From positions 800,001 through 864,000 of the forward strand of contig CAWGTN010000002.1 of the NCBI GenBank assembly GCA_963825525.1: 64,000 bases of DNA. Direction: 5' to 3'. A model generated the notes under the pieces. It was given only the letters and a program-made list of their open reading frames with translations, searched no databases and had not been told where the DNA came from. Position numbers and translations under genes: made by a program. The stretch comes from an uncultured Chloroflexia bacterium. Lineage in GTDB: Bacteria; Chloroflexota; Limnocylindria; QHBO01. Positions 51,802-61,680 of this stretch are shown piece after piece (within the stretch, counting starts at the first letter, position 1; every line of letters begins with the position of its first letter).

Positions 51802-52440
51802 ATGTCTCGTTCCGATCGCATCACGCTCGCCGCCGGTGGATGCGCGCTGGTGCTTGCGCTGGCCGGCGGGTGGTTGCTGTTCGTGCCATCGGATCCGGCC
51901 GCACTGGGTGTGTCAGCCATCGCGACCGTCCTTCCATCCGGTGCCGCCGTGCCCGAGTCCAGCCCGACCAGCTCCCCCGTCGCGTTGATCGTCGTGGATG
52001 TCCAAGGCGCCGTCGAGACCCCCGGGATCCGCGAGCTTCGAGGCGGCGCGAGGGTGGCAGATGCCATCGCGGCGGCCGGTGGCTACGCTTCCGACGCCGA
52101 CCTGGCGGCGGCCGCCGCAACGCTCAACCTCGCCCAGCCACTGAGCGACGGTGAGCAGATCCGCGTCCCGCGCATCGGCGAGACCGCCGCGCCCGGAGTC
52201 GCTACGGGCGGCGGGCCGCCGACGGCACCGGGGGCCGGGGGTGCCGGCGGGCTGGTGGATCTGAACACGGCCACGCCCGAGGCCCTCGAGGCCCTGCCGG
52301 GGATCGGGCCCGTCACGGTGCAGAAGATCGTGGCGGCCCGGCAGGAGCAGCCGTTCACCTCGCTTGACGACGCCGTGCAGCGCGGCGTCATCAACCGCGG
52401 CCAGCTGGAGGACATCCAGGCCCTCGCCACGGCCGGCTGA
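51802..52440 (+). CDS. comEA: Competence DNA receptor
   Basis: TM, SLBB domain (VVDVQGAV..PG, RVADAI.AAGG, NLA..L.DG), HhH (DLNTAT...LEALPGIGP). Confidence 0.92.
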   Translation: MSRSDRITLAAGGCALVLALAGGWLLFVPSDPAALGVSAIATVLPSGAAVPESSPTSSPVALIVVDVQGAVETPGIRELRGGARVADAIAAAGGYASDADLAAAAATLNLAQPLSDGEQIRVPRIGETAAPGVATGGGPPTAPGAGGAGGLVDLNTATPEALEALPGIGPVTVQKIVAARQEQPFTSLDDAVQRGVINRGQLEDIQALATAG

Positions 52441-52441
52441 G

Positions 52442-55336
52442 GTGGGTGCGACTCGCCTCGTCCTTCCGGGAATCGTGGCCGGCGCCGCATCCGGGATCCT
52501 CGCCGCCGATCAGGGGTGGCTGCCTCCGGTTGGCGGTGTCGCTCTGGGCGGACTCGCCCTCCTGGCCGGCGCGTTTGCGCTCTCCGGCACCATCACCGGC
52601 GCTCGGTTGGCCTTCGCAGCCGCTGTGGCCATCGGTATGGCCGCCGGCGGGTGGCGGTTCGACGCCGTGGCCTCATCCAGCCTCGAATCCGGCCCGTCCC
52701 TGGCGACGCTGGTCGATGGCGCAGACCATGACCTGGTGGGGACGGTCGCCGACGATCCGCGCCCGCGCCAGGATCGGCTTCAGCTCGTGCTGACGGACGT
52801 GTCCGCCGATATCGCGGGAGTCCCGACGCCGATGTCGGACGGGCTGGTTGCCTGGACGCCGCGGGGGCTCGACATCGGAAGCGGCGATCGCGTCTGGCTC
52901 CGCTCGCGGCTCGAGCTACCCGAGGACTTTGACGGTTTCGCGTATCGCGAGTATCTCGCGCGCCAGGACGTGTCAGTCATCGGACGACCGCGGGATGTTC
53001 GCCTGGTTTCGAGGGTCGCGGGGCCGCAGGCGATCCTGTACGGCACGCGCCGCGCACTTCTCGACGGCCTCAACTCGCTGGTCCCGGAGCCCGAGGCGGC
53101 ACTGGGAGCAGGCATCCTGCTGGGGGTCCGCGCGGCCATCGCCCCGGAGATCAGCGACGCGTTCGCCGTCGCCGGGCTGACCCACGTGGTCGCCATCTCG
53201 GGTTGGAATATCGCGATCGTGACGGCACTCGTCGCGGCCGCCGTGCGACCCCTCGAAGCCGGCCCCGGCGGCCGCTGGACGACCGCGCTGATCGCCGCGG
53301 GGGTGGTTGGGGCCTACGTGCTGTTGACCGGAGCCAGCCCGTCCGTCGTTCGGGCAGCGCTCATGGCCGCCGCGATGCTCATCGCCAGGCTCGGTGGGTC
53401 CCGTGCCCACGCCGCATCGGCGCTCGGCGTGGCCGCGCTGGCCATGCTGCTGGTCGCGCCCGCCGTCCTGTGGGACGTGGGGTTCCAGCTCTCGCTGCTC
53501 GCCACCGGTGGGCTCATCTGGTTCGGCGCGAGCATCGAGCGGCGGCTGCACGGGTGGCCGGCATGGATTCGCGAGCCGGTGGCCCTGACACTGGCCGCCC
53601 AGCTGACCACGCTGCCGGTCATCCTCGTGAACTTCGAGCGGCTCTCGCTCGTCGCCCCGCTCGCGAACGTGCTCGTGGTTCCGTTCGTGCCGGTGGCCAT
53701 GCTCTTCGGCGCAATCGCTTCGGCGGTCGGCATGCTCGATGGTGTCGTCCACCTGTCGCTGGTGGGCGACCTCGCGGGTTGGCTGGCAGGTGGGGCCGAG
53801 TGGCTGACCCTGCGGGTCATCATCGTCCTCGGCAGCCTGATGGCATCGGTACCGCTGGCGGCGGTCGACGTCTCGCTCCCTCCAGTCCTGGCAGCGGCAT
53901 GGCTTCCGGTCCTCGGACTTGCCAGCTGGGCGATGTCGGCTCCGTCCACAGATCCGGTCGCAGAGCCGATGCGCTCCGGTCAAACCGCACCGCCGGCCGT
54001 TATCGCGCGCGTGGCGCGCCCCGCGCCCATCGCCGCGTTCCTCGTGGCCATCCTGGTGGTTGTCACCGTTGGCTCGCGGCCCGACGGCCGTCTGCACATC
54101 ACGGTTCTCGATATCGGCCAGGGGGATGCGATCCTGGTCGAGGCCCCGACCGGCGCCACCATGCTCGTCGACGGAGGCCCCGATCCTGAGCTGACCCTGC
54201 GACGGATCGGCGCAAATCTGCCCTACTTCGCCCGCCGCATCGATGTCCTGGTGCTCAGCCACCCGCACCAGGATCATGTCGCCGGACTCGTCGACGCGCT
54301 GCACCGGCATCGGGTGGGTGTGATCCTCCACGCCGGGATCGAGTTCGAGAACCCGGCCAACGACCGCCTCCTGGCCGATGCCGCCGCTCGAGGCGTCTCG
54401 GTGCAGGCGGTGACTGCCGGCAATCGCATCCGGTTGGACCCGACCACCTCGATCGAGGTCATCTATCCGGCCGCGACCGATGTCGCTTCACCGCTCCCCG
54501 ACGGCGATATCAACAACGGCTCGCTCGTGATCGTGCTGCGCCATGGTGCCTTCACGGCGCTGTTGACCGGCGACGCCGAGGCTCCCGTCGAGGAGCGGCT
54601 CGCCGCGCGTGGCGAGCTGCCGGTGGCCGACATGCTCAAGGTCGGGCATCACGGCTCCACGTCCTCGACGTCGGAGATCCTGCTCGCCCGTGTCGATCCC
54701 TACGTCGCGGTGATCTCCTCGGGAGCCGGGAACGAGTACGGCCACCCGGCCCCCGAGACGCTGGCCGCCCTCGCCGCGCGCCCCGCGACCGAGGTGTATC
54801 GGACCGATCTCCAGGGCGACATCGAGCTCGTGACCGATGGCAGCCGGTTCATGGTGAGGACCGATGCCGGATGGAGCACGTCACGGGCAGTGCACGGGGG
54901 CGGGGTGGCGGGTAGCATCGGACCGTGGCCGTACCCGATCGACTCACCGCGCGGAGGCTGCTCGACGAGGCGGGCCTGCCAGACGGCATCGTCCGCCATT
55001 CCGAGGGGGTGGCCCGGGTTGCCGGCGCCGCGGCGGCACTGCTGGCCGAGGCGCAGATCCCGATCGACGGCGCGCTGGTGGAGGCCGCGGCGCTGCTCCA
55101 CGACATCGACAAGATCGAGATCCGACGCACCGGCGGCGAGCATGGAATCGTGGGCGCCCGACGGCTCGAGGCAGCAGGGTACGAGGAGCTCTCGATCCCG
55201 GTCGCCTCCCATCCGGTCACCGCGCTGCTGGATGACGATCGATTTCCGATCGGCTGGCCATCGGTCGTGGTGGCGATCGCGGACCGCCACGTCGCGCAGG
55301 ACTTCGTCACCATCGACGAGCGCCTGGACGACATGA
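52442..55336 (+). CDS. comEC: DNA uptake channel ComEC/Rec2; homology ends near 54880 and the frame runs on over the next gene
   Basis: GLTHVVAISGWN, SVVRAALM, GFQLS, LDIGQGDA, SHPHQDH, KVGHHGS, YGHP. Confidence 0.9.
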   Translation: MGATRLVLPGIVAGAASGILAADQGWLPPVGGVALGGLALLAGAFALSGTITGARLAFAAAVAIGMAAGGWRFDAVASSSLESGPSLATLVDGADHDLVGTVADDPRPRQDRLQLVLTDVSADIAGVPTPMSDGLVAWTPRGLDIGSGDRVWLRSRLELPEDFDGFAYREYLARQDVSVIGRPRDVRLVSRVAGPQAILYGTRRALLDGLNSLVPEPEAALGAGILLGVRAAIAPEISDAFAVAGLTHVVAISGWNIAIVTALVAAAVRPLEAGPGGRWTTALIAAGVVGAYVLLTGASPSVVRAALMAAAMLIARLGGSRAHAASALGVAALAMLLVAPAVLWDVGFQLSLLATGGLIWFGASIERRLHGWPAWIREPVALTLAAQLTTLPVILVNFERLSLVAPLANVLVVPFVPVAMLFGAIASAVGMLDGVVHLSLVGDLAGWLAGGAEWLTLRVIIVLGSLMASVPLAAVDVSLPPVLAAAWLPVLGLASWAMSAPSTDPVAEPMRSGQTAPPAVIARVARPAPIAAFLVAILVVVTVGSRPDGRLHITVLDIGQGDAILVEAPTGATMLVDGGPDPELTLRRIGANLPYFARRIDVLVLSHPHQDHVAGLVDALHRHRVGVILHAGIEFENPANDRLLADAAARGVSVQAVTAGNRIRLDPTTSIEVIYPAATDVASPLPDGDINNGSLVIVLRHGAFTALLTGDAEAPVEERLAARGELPVADMLKVGHHGSTSSTSEILLARVDPYVAVISSGAGNEYGHPAPETLAALAARPATEVYRTDLQGDIELVTDGSRFMVRTDAGWSTSRAVHGGGVAGSIGPWPYPIDSPRGGCSTRRACQTASSAIPRGWPGLPAPRRHCWPRRRSRSTARWWRPRRCSTTSTRSRSDAPAASMESWAPDGSRQQGTRSSRSRSPPIRSPRCWMTIDFRSAGHRSWWRSRTATSRRTSSPSTSAWTT

Positions 55337-55482
55337 AGACACGTCATCCCGAGCATGCCGACGACATCGAAGCCGCTCGGCGACCGTCGCACGCCCTCGA
55401 GGCGGAGCTTGCCGAGATGGTCGGCCTGGCCGTCGATGATTTGGTCGACCGGCTGCGCGACGCGTGGGCGGCGGGCTCATGA
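54925..55482 (+). CDS. HD domain phosphohydrolase
   Basis: HSEGVA, AALLHDIDK, EHG..GA, IADRH; leaderless TAGCAT -10. Confidence 0.85.
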   Translation: MAVPDRLTARRLLDEAGLPDGIVRHSEGVARVAGAAAALLAEAQIPIDGALVEAAALLHDIDKIEIRRTGGEHGIVGARRLEAAGYEELSIPVASHPVTALLDDDRFPIGWPSVVVAIADRHVAQDFVTIDERLDDMKTRHPEHADDIEAARRPSHALEAELAEMVGLAVDDLVDRLRDAWAAGS

Positions 55483-56507
55483 CCGCCAACCTGCTCCTCA
55501 TCCACGGTGACGACGGTTTCGGCCTGGACCTCGCCCTCCGCGCGTTCGCGGGCGACGTCGACGCCAGTGACCTCGCGGAGATCGTGCCTGAGCGAACGCC
55601 CGACGAGGCGGCAATCGACCGGGCGCGCCTGGAAGCCGGCACCATGAGCATGTTCGGGCTCCACCTCGCCGTGCTTCGTCAGCCACTCCGCGCGGCGGGC
55701 CGGTCCACGGCGGCGGCCGATCGGCTGCTGGCCCTGGTGAACGACCTCCCGGACGGTACGGCACTGGCGCTTGTCGAGGAACGGCCATCGCGGGACATCT
55801 CGAAGCCGCCGGCCCTGCTGAAGCGCCTGGCCGAGGCAGTCAAGGGGCGCGGGGGACGCGTCGAGGAGCATGCCGCTCCGAGGCGGGGCGAGCTGCGGGG
55901 ATGGATCGTGGCCCATGCCGCGCGCCTCAGCCTCCCCATCGAGATGCGGGCCGCCCACGTGCTGGCCGAGCGAATCGGCGGGGCCATCTGGGAGACCGAC
56001 ATCGAGCGCGGGGAGATGACGCGCATCGCGGATGGCGAGCTTCGCAAGCTGGCGACGTACGCGGGTGACCGCTCGATCAGCGTGGCGGATGTCGAGGCGC
56101 TGACCCCCGACACGCGGCCCGCATCGGTGTTTGCGATCACCAACGCGCTCGATCGGCGGGAGCCGGCCGCGGCGGCCGATGCCCTGCGACGAGCGCTCGA
56201 GGACGGTCAGCCCGGGTTGCGCATCCTTGCGTCACTGGCAGGTCGAGTCTCGGACCTCATCGTCGCCCGGGACTTGGTGGCTTCGAAAACGCCCCCGAAC
56301 GAGATTGCCCGTCGCCTGGCTCGAGGCAACGCCAGGATGGCCGAGCGCATCGTGGACGCGGCTCGCCGCTATCGGGGGGAGGAGCTCGAGCGGATGCTCA
56401 TCGGCCTCCACGAGGCGGACGTGGCCATCAAGGCGAACATCATGGACGAGGAGCCGGCGCTGGTCGCCTGGCTCGGGGAGCACCTGCTGGCCTCGCGGCC
56501 CGCCTGA
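55479..56507 (+). CDS. holA: DNA polymerase III subunit delta
   Basis: LLIHGDD, ELRKLATY, I...DVE.L, VFAI.NAL; conserved comEC-holA context. Confidence 0.82.
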   Translation: MTANLLLIHGDDGFGLDLALRAFAGDVDASDLAEIVPERTPDEAAIDRARLEAGTMSMFGLHLAVLRQPLRAAGRSTAAADRLLALVNDLPDGTALALVEERPSRDISKPPALLKRLAEAVKGRGGRVEEHAAPRRGELRGWIVAHAARLSLPIEMRAAHVLAERIGGAIWETDIERGEMTRIADGELRKLATYAGDRSISVADVEALTPDTRPASVFAITNALDRREPAAAADALRRALEDGQPGLRILASLAGRVSDLIVARDLVASKTPPNEIARRLARGNARMAERIVDAARRYRGEELERMLIGLHEADVAIKANIMDEEPALVAWLGEHLLASRPA

Positions 56508-56514
56508 GCTGTCG

Positions 56515-56793
56515 CTAGGCGGCGGGCGCCTGTCCGGCGGAGCCGGCGCTCAGGACTCGATCGGACTCGATCGCGAACGTGCACCGGGCGCCATCGAGCC
56601 CGAGGATGCCGATGAGCTGCTGGTCGACGTACAGCTGGCGACACGGCACGCACAGGGCACCGGGGATGGCGAAGAAGAGGCGCTCGTCGGCTTCCGGATC
56701 ACGGAACACGGTGTCGAAGACGCTCGTGAGGAGGCTGCCACTGCAGAAGCGGCAGGTCTCGATTGATCGCGAGCGACGCGTCTGATCGGTCAT
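56515..56793 (-). CDS. Small zinc-ribbon-like protein
   Basis: CRFC...IPGALCVPC; host-like codons; leaderless CATGCT -10. Confidence 0.6.
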   Translation of the reverse strand: MTDQTRRSRSIETCRFCSGSLLTSVFDTVFRDPEADERLFFAIPGALCVPCRQLYVDQQLIGILGLDGARCTFAIESDRVLSAGSAGQAPAA

Positions 56794-56881
56794 GCATGGA
56801 GCATGCGAACGCCGAGGCGCCCTCTCAATGGGACCGATGGGCCATGCCCGACGGCCCGGGCTGGTACTTCCGGCCCCTGGC

Positions 56882-57280
56882 TCAGACGATGCGAACGACC
56901 TGCGCAGCCTTGCCCCACAGGCGCTCGAGACCGTAGAACTCGCGCTCCTCGGGCGCGAACACGTGGACGATCACCGTCCCGAAGTCGATGAGCACCCAGC
57001 GTGCCGACTGCCGCCCCTCGGTCCCGCGCGGCCGAATGCCCTCGTCGCGCAGCTCGTCGATGATGGCGCCGGAGAGCGCCGCGACCTGCCGATCGCTGCG
57101 CCCGGAGCAGATGACGAAGAAATCGGCCATGGTGGTGAGCTCCGCCGTGCGCAGCATGACGATGTCGTTGCCCTTCTTGTCCGACGCGATCTCGACGATC
57201 CGATGCGCCAGGGCAGCCGCATCCTCCGGGATATCGACCCGCTCGGTCGCCACCTTGTCGTCCGCCGCCTCGTCAACCAC
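56882..57280 (-). CDS. rsfS: Ribosome silencing factor
   Basis: DKKGNDIV, DFFVICSG.S.RQV, WVLIDFG..IVHVF..EEREFY.LERLW. Confidence 0.92.
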   Translation of the reverse strand: MVDEAADDKVATERVDIPEDAAALAHRIVEIASDKKGNDIVMLRTAELTTMADFFVICSGRSDRQVAALSGAIIDELRDEGIRPRGTEGRQSARWVLIDFGTVIVHVFAPEEREFYGLERLWGKAAQVVRIV

Positions 57281-57953
57281 GGCGGTACAGCGCTCGTTCG
57301 ATGATGAGCTCCTCCACGTCGCGCGGCACAAGGTAGCGGATGGTGTGCCCCGCCGCCACCCGCCTCCTGATCTCGGACGAGCTCACGTCGAGGGATGGCC
57401 CCTCGAGGAGCCTGATCCGGCCCGCTCGGTCACCGAATCGCTCGGCCAGGAGGCCCCGGGGCGGCATCGGAGTCCCTGGTCGCGGCCCCACAACCCATTC
57501 GATCTCCTCGAGCAGCCGGTCGGGCTCACGCCACGAGTCGATCTGGGCCAGCGAGTCGGCTGCCATGATCAGCGTCAGCTCGGCGTCCGGGTGGAGCCGC
57601 TTCAGTTCGAGAACGCTGTCGATCGTGTACGACGGTCCGGGGCGCTCCATCTCGAGGCCGCTGAGCTCGAACGTGGGTTCGTCCTGGATCGCCAGCCGCG
57701 TCATGAGCAGCCGATCCGCGGCGCGCGTGACCGGTCGCCCACCCTTGTGAGGAGGTTGGGCCGCGGGCATGAACAGCACCCGGTCGAACCCAACCGTGTC
57801 GGCCGCCAAAGCAGCCAGCCAGAGGTGCCCGACATGGGGAGGGTCGAACGTTCCGCCGAATACACCGATGCGATGCGGGGCATCATCGCGGGCGGTGGGA
57901 GCCCGTCGGGTCCCAGGACCGGCGTCGGGGGCCATCAGGAGAGCGGGGCTCAA
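57273..57953 (-). CDS. nadD: Nicotinate-nucleotide adenylyltransferase
   Basis: GVFGGTFDPPHVGH, PPHK, SYTID, SSSEIR. Confidence 0.93.
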   Translation of the reverse strand: MSPALLMAPDAGPGTRRAPTARDDAPHRIGVFGGTFDPPHVGHLWLAALAADTVGFDRVLFMPAAQPPHKGGRPVTRAADRLLMTRLAIQDEPTFELSGLEMERPGPSYTIDSVLELKRLHPDAELTLIMAADSLAQIDSWREPDRLLEEIEWVVGPRPGTPMPPRGLLAERFGDRAGRIRLLEGPSLDVSSSEIRRRVAAGHTIRYLVPRDVEELIIERALYRRG

Positions 57954-59236
57954 TCGTCTTCACCCCACTCAAGGTCGATCGGGCCGACGTGCACGGTCGA
58001 GCCCGCCGACGCGCCGGCGCGCCGCAGCTCGACGTCGACGCCGAGCCGCTCGAGCAGACGCCAGAAGCGATCCCGGGACTCCTCGTTCTCGAAGTTGGTC
58101 CGTGCCGCCTGCAGCTCCAGGCGACGCCCTCGGACACGGAAGCCGTCTCCATCCGCAACGACCTCCCAGCCCTCGGCCAGCGGATCGAAGCGGTGGACGC
58201 GCATCTCCCGATCCGGGTGCTCTTCCTCCTGGATGGCCGCGTCGGCGATGGCGCTGGCCAGGCGAGCTCGGAGCTCGTCAAGTCCGGTTCCGTCATGGGC
58301 GCTGACGCCGATGGGTGCGTCGCCACCTGCGGCGAGCGCGCGTCGCAGCTCGGGCCATCGCTCCCCCACCTCGGGCAGATCGAGCTTGGTGACGACCAGC
58401 GGCAGAGGTCGATCGAGCAGGCTGGCATCGTGGAGCCGAAGCTCATCGGCGACCGCCCGCCATTCCTCGACCGGCTCGCGTCCCGCGCCATCCACGACGC
58501 CGACGATGACCCGCGTCCGCTCCACGTGGCGCAGGAAGTGATGTCCTAGCCCACGGCCTTCGTGAGCTCCCTCGATCAACCCGGGCACATCGGCGATGAC
58601 GACCGTGTGCTCCTCGTCGATCGCCATCACGCCGAGGTTGGGCGTGATGGTGGTGAAGGGATAGGCGCCGACCTCGGGTCGGGCCTCCGTCAACGCGGCC
58701 AGGAGCGTCGACTTGCCGGCATTCGGGGCACCGACCAGGCCGATATCGGCAATGAGCTTCAGTTCGAGCTCGATCCAGCGCTCCTCGCCCGGGGTGCCCT
58801 TCTCGGCATGCTTCGGCGCGCGATGCGTGGCGCTCGCGAAGTGGACGTTTCCGCGGCCGCCGCGGCCGCCGTGCGCGACAACGAGGCGCGCGTCCGCCTC
58901 CATGAGCTCACCGAGGTAATCGCCGTCGGGGTGCGAGCGGACGAGCGTGCCGGGGGGGACGCGGATCGTGACATCCGGCGAATTCTTGCCGTGAGCGCGG
59001 CGACCCATGCCCTTGCCGCCGGGCGCCGCTCGGAAGTGGCGGCGGCGCTTGAAGTCCCCCAATGTCGTCATGCCGGCCTCGACGACCAGGATGACGCTGC
59101 CGCCTCGTCCCCCGTCGCCGCCGTCGGGGCCACCGCGCGGGACGTGGGCCTCGCGCCGGAAGCTGGATGCGCCGTCGCCGCCCGTTCCGCCGGAGACGAG
59201 GATGCGCGCGCGGTCAGCGAACACGGGACGGGGCAT
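57950..59236 (-). CDS. obgE: GTPase ObgE/CgtA
   Basis: GGPDGGDGGRGG, GAPNAGKST, YPFTT, DVPG, TKLD. Confidence 0.95.
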   Translation of the reverse strand: MPRPVFADRARILVSGGTGGDGASSFRREAHVPRGGPDGGDGGRGGSVILVVEAGMTTLGDFKRRRHFRAAPGGKGMGRRAHGKNSPDVTIRVPPGTLVRSHPDGDYLGELMEADARLVVAHGGRGGRGNVHFASATHRAPKHAEKGTPGEERWIELELKLIADIGLVGAPNAGKSTLLAALTEARPEVGAYPFTTITPNLGVMAIDEEHTVVIADVPGLIEGAHEGRGLGHHFLRHVERTRVIVGVVDGAGREPVEEWRAVADELRLHDASLLDRPLPLVVTKLDLPEVGERWPELRRALAAGGDAPIGVSAHDGTGLDELRARLASAIADAAIQEEEHPDREMRVHRFDPLAEGWEVVADGDGFRVRGRRLELQAARTNFENEESRDRFWRLLERLGVDVELRRAGASAGSTVHVGPIDLEWGEDD

Positions 59237-59284
59237 AGCAACGCACGCGGCCGGCGCCGTCGAGGGTCGGGGGGGACGCCGAGA

Positions 59285-60064
59285 CTAGAAGTATCGCTGG
59301 GGGTTGTCGATCACGCCGTTCACGATCACTTCGAAGTGAACGTGCGGACCGGTGCACATGCCGGTGCATCCCACGGCGCCGATGCCCTGCCCGGCACCGA
59401 CGGCCTGCCCGGGGCTGACCCAGATCTGGTTGAGGTGGTTATACACGGTCTGCATGCCGTTGCCGTGGTCGATGGTGATCACGTTGCCGCCGCCATTGTT
59501 GCGCCAGCCGGCACCAATCACCACGCCACCCTGGGCGGCCACGACCTGCGAGCCGTAGGGCGCGGCGATGTCGAGAGCAAGATGGCCAGCGTGGTAGTAC
59601 TGGCTGATGCCGCCCACGGGCACGGGCCATACCAGGCGACCGGTGGCGGGTGCGGGTGCGGCACCGCGCGTCGACGGGCCGGAATTCGCGTTGCCGACGC
59701 TGGTCGGCGCGGGAAGCGGTGTCGCATTCGGATCGATGGCGAACGGTGTCGGCAGCGGCTGCGAAGGAATCTGGGCGGGAGCGGCGCGGTTGACGGACGG
59801 CAGGTCATCGGCGCGGCTCGAAGTCACGCTGAACGTGGACGGCGAGCTGAGGTCCTGCGCATCTCCGGCGCCGCGAACGGTTGAGACGATGGTCGGGAAT
59901 CCCGTCTCGGCGCGACTCTGGCCCACGGAGCCCGTGGCCTGCGACTGTGCGACCCCGGCGGCCGTGGCGAGCACCACGAGGCTAACGACCGAGAGATGGG
60001 CGATCACCCTGGCGGGCAGGTTGCTGTCGGCAACGCGGCGGGTCAGCCGTCGCAGATGAGGCAA
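59285..60064 (-). CDS. M23 family metallopeptidase
   Basis: HLALDIA, IDHGNG..T.Y.HL, TGPHVHFEV; TTGACC-N18-TACGAT promoter at 60212-60183. Confidence 0.88.
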   Translation of the reverse strand: MPHLRRLTRRVADSNLPARVIAHLSVVSLVVLATAAGVAQSQATGSVGQSRAETGFPTIVSTVRGAGDAQDLSSPSTFSVTSSRADDLPSVNRAAPAQIPSQPLPTPFAIDPNATPLPAPTSVGNANSGPSTRGAAPAPATGRLVWPVPVGGISQYYHAGHLALDIAAPYGSQVVAAQGGVVIGAGWRNNGGGNVITIDHGNGMQTVYNHLNQIWVSPGQAVGAGQGIGAVGCTGMCTGPHVHFEVIVNGVIDNPQRYF

Positions 60065-60277
60065 TAGAAACTCAGCTCCGCTTGCGGATGGTCAGGTTCG
60101 ACGCAGTCACATGAACCGCCACAGCCGTGCAACGCCCTCGATCACTCCCCCGTCGTCGAAGGGCCGGTTTCATGCGGGCACCATCGTAGCAGCGGCGCCG
60201 CGGGCGGGTCAAACCAAAGATCAGGGCACGGTGAACCGGACCATCGGGTGGTACGGAGCGGTGCGCTCCGATCGGGA

Positions 60278-61660
60278 TCAGGGCGCTTCGGAGCTGAGCT
60301 GAAGCGCCGGGGATCCGAGATCCGCGGTGGTCGTGCTCCCATCACGTAGCGAGATCCATGCCACGGCGCGACCCTGCGACTCGTGGGCGAGGTGCACCTG
60401 GAGCGTCACCGCCTCTCCCGGCGCGAGCGCTGGAACTTCGACGGGCAGTGGGGCCAGCTCGGCCGGCGGCGAGGCGAGGTAAGGCTGATCAGTCTCTTCC
60501 CAGCCCACCATCAACTCCAATCCGGGGGGCCACGGCTCGGATCCGGAATTCGTGAGGCGCAGCCCGACAATGTCTTCGTCGATCGAGTCGACCCAGAACA
60601 TCGGTCCCTCGCCGTCCACCGCGGTCGGCGTACGCGCCGTGTCGTCGGCCAGGCCGATGCTGGCCGCAAGGCTCCGCTGAGCCAGGTACGCGGCCAGCCC
60701 GTCCATCAGGCCCTGCGCCACGCCCTCCTGTCCGGCATCCGACGCGAGAAGGTCGTGTTCCGCGCGCAGGGTGATCGAGCCTACCTCTGCCAGGACGACC
60801 GGCATCAAGCCGCCGCGCGTGGGCTGCTTGGCCGGATCGGGCCGATCGGGTGTCGGCTCGAACAGCGGCGGCGCGACGATGTAGAGGTTGTGGGCCGTGA
60901 TGCCACGGTCGCCGCGCTCGTAGCCGGCGAGCGGCGCGAGCCGCGAGACGACGCCGTCCTGTACGCCCTGCGCCAGTTTCGCGGTCTGCTCCGCACCCCA
61001 CGGAGTCTCGTCGGTGTAGAAGGTCTCGGTGAACGCAATCTCGATGCGTGCTCCGCCCTCGCTCGGCGAGTTGATGTGGATGCTGATCAGCGCATCCGCG
61101 CGCGCCACGTTGGCCAGGTCCAGGCGAGCCTGGAGCTCGTCACGGGTTCTTGTGGCCTCGGGAACGTCAGGCCCGAAGCCGACGACACCGTCACCGTTGA
61201 CGTCGCGCCACGGGGGACCATCGCACCCCAGCGGCGGGTAGTCATCACCAGCAAGGGCGTTATCGGCGTCGCGGATCATCACGACCTCCACGCCATCGGC
61301 GGTCAGCCGATCGCGCAGATGCCGGGCAATGCCCAGCGTCAGGGACTTCTCCGCGAGCTCGACACCGCGTTCCGACGGGTCGGGTACGCCCCAGTCGAGG
61401 CAGCCGCCGTGGCCGGCGTCGATCGCCACCGTGATCGCGCTGGGGTTCGGGGCGTACAGGGCACTCGTGGACCCCGGTGCCGGCACGATGTTCCCGTCGG
61501 TCGGCGGCGAGCTCGGCTCGTTGCTGGGCGGGTTCAGCGTCGGGGCGGCATCGCTCGTGGTGCGTGGCGTCGCGTCCACGTCTGCGAGGCCGCAGCCAGC
61601 CAGCAGCACGACGAACGCCAGCGACAGCCGGAGCGAGCCAAGACGCGTGCTGAACCTCAT
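60278..61660 (-). CDS. N-acetylmuramoyl-L-alanine amidase (Amidase_3) lipoprotein
   Basis: Lipobox LAGC; IDAGHGG, EK, ISIHIN, PVVLAEVG. Confidence 0.85.
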   Translation of the reverse strand: MRFSTRLGSLRLSLAFVVLLAGCGLADVDATPRTTSDAAPTLNPPSNEPSSPPTDGNIVPAPGSTSALYAPNPSAITVAIDAGHGGCLDWGVPDPSERGVELAEKSLTLGIARHLRDRLTADGVEVVMIRDADNALAGDDYPPLGCDGPPWRDVNGDGVVGFGPDVPEATRTRDELQARLDLANVARADALISIHINSPSEGGARIEIAFTETFYTDETPWGAEQTAKLAQGVQDGVVSRLAPLAGYERGDRGITAHNLYIVAPPLFEPTPDRPDPAKQPTRGGLMPVVLAEVGSITLRAEHDLLASDAGQEGVAQGLMDGLAAYLAQRSLAASIGLADDTARTPTAVDGEGPMFWVDSIDEDIVGLRLTNSGSEPWPPGLELMVGWEETDQPYLASPPAELAPLPVEVPALAPGEAVTLQVHLAHESQGRAVAWISLRDGSTTTADLGSPALQLSSEAP

Positions 61661-61680
61661 CGGGACGCGAGACCTGGAGA

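Noticed and set aside
60065-60180. c-di-AMP or other riboswitch in the long M23 leader
   Set aside because: Hairpins are possible but I recognise no riboswitch consensus.
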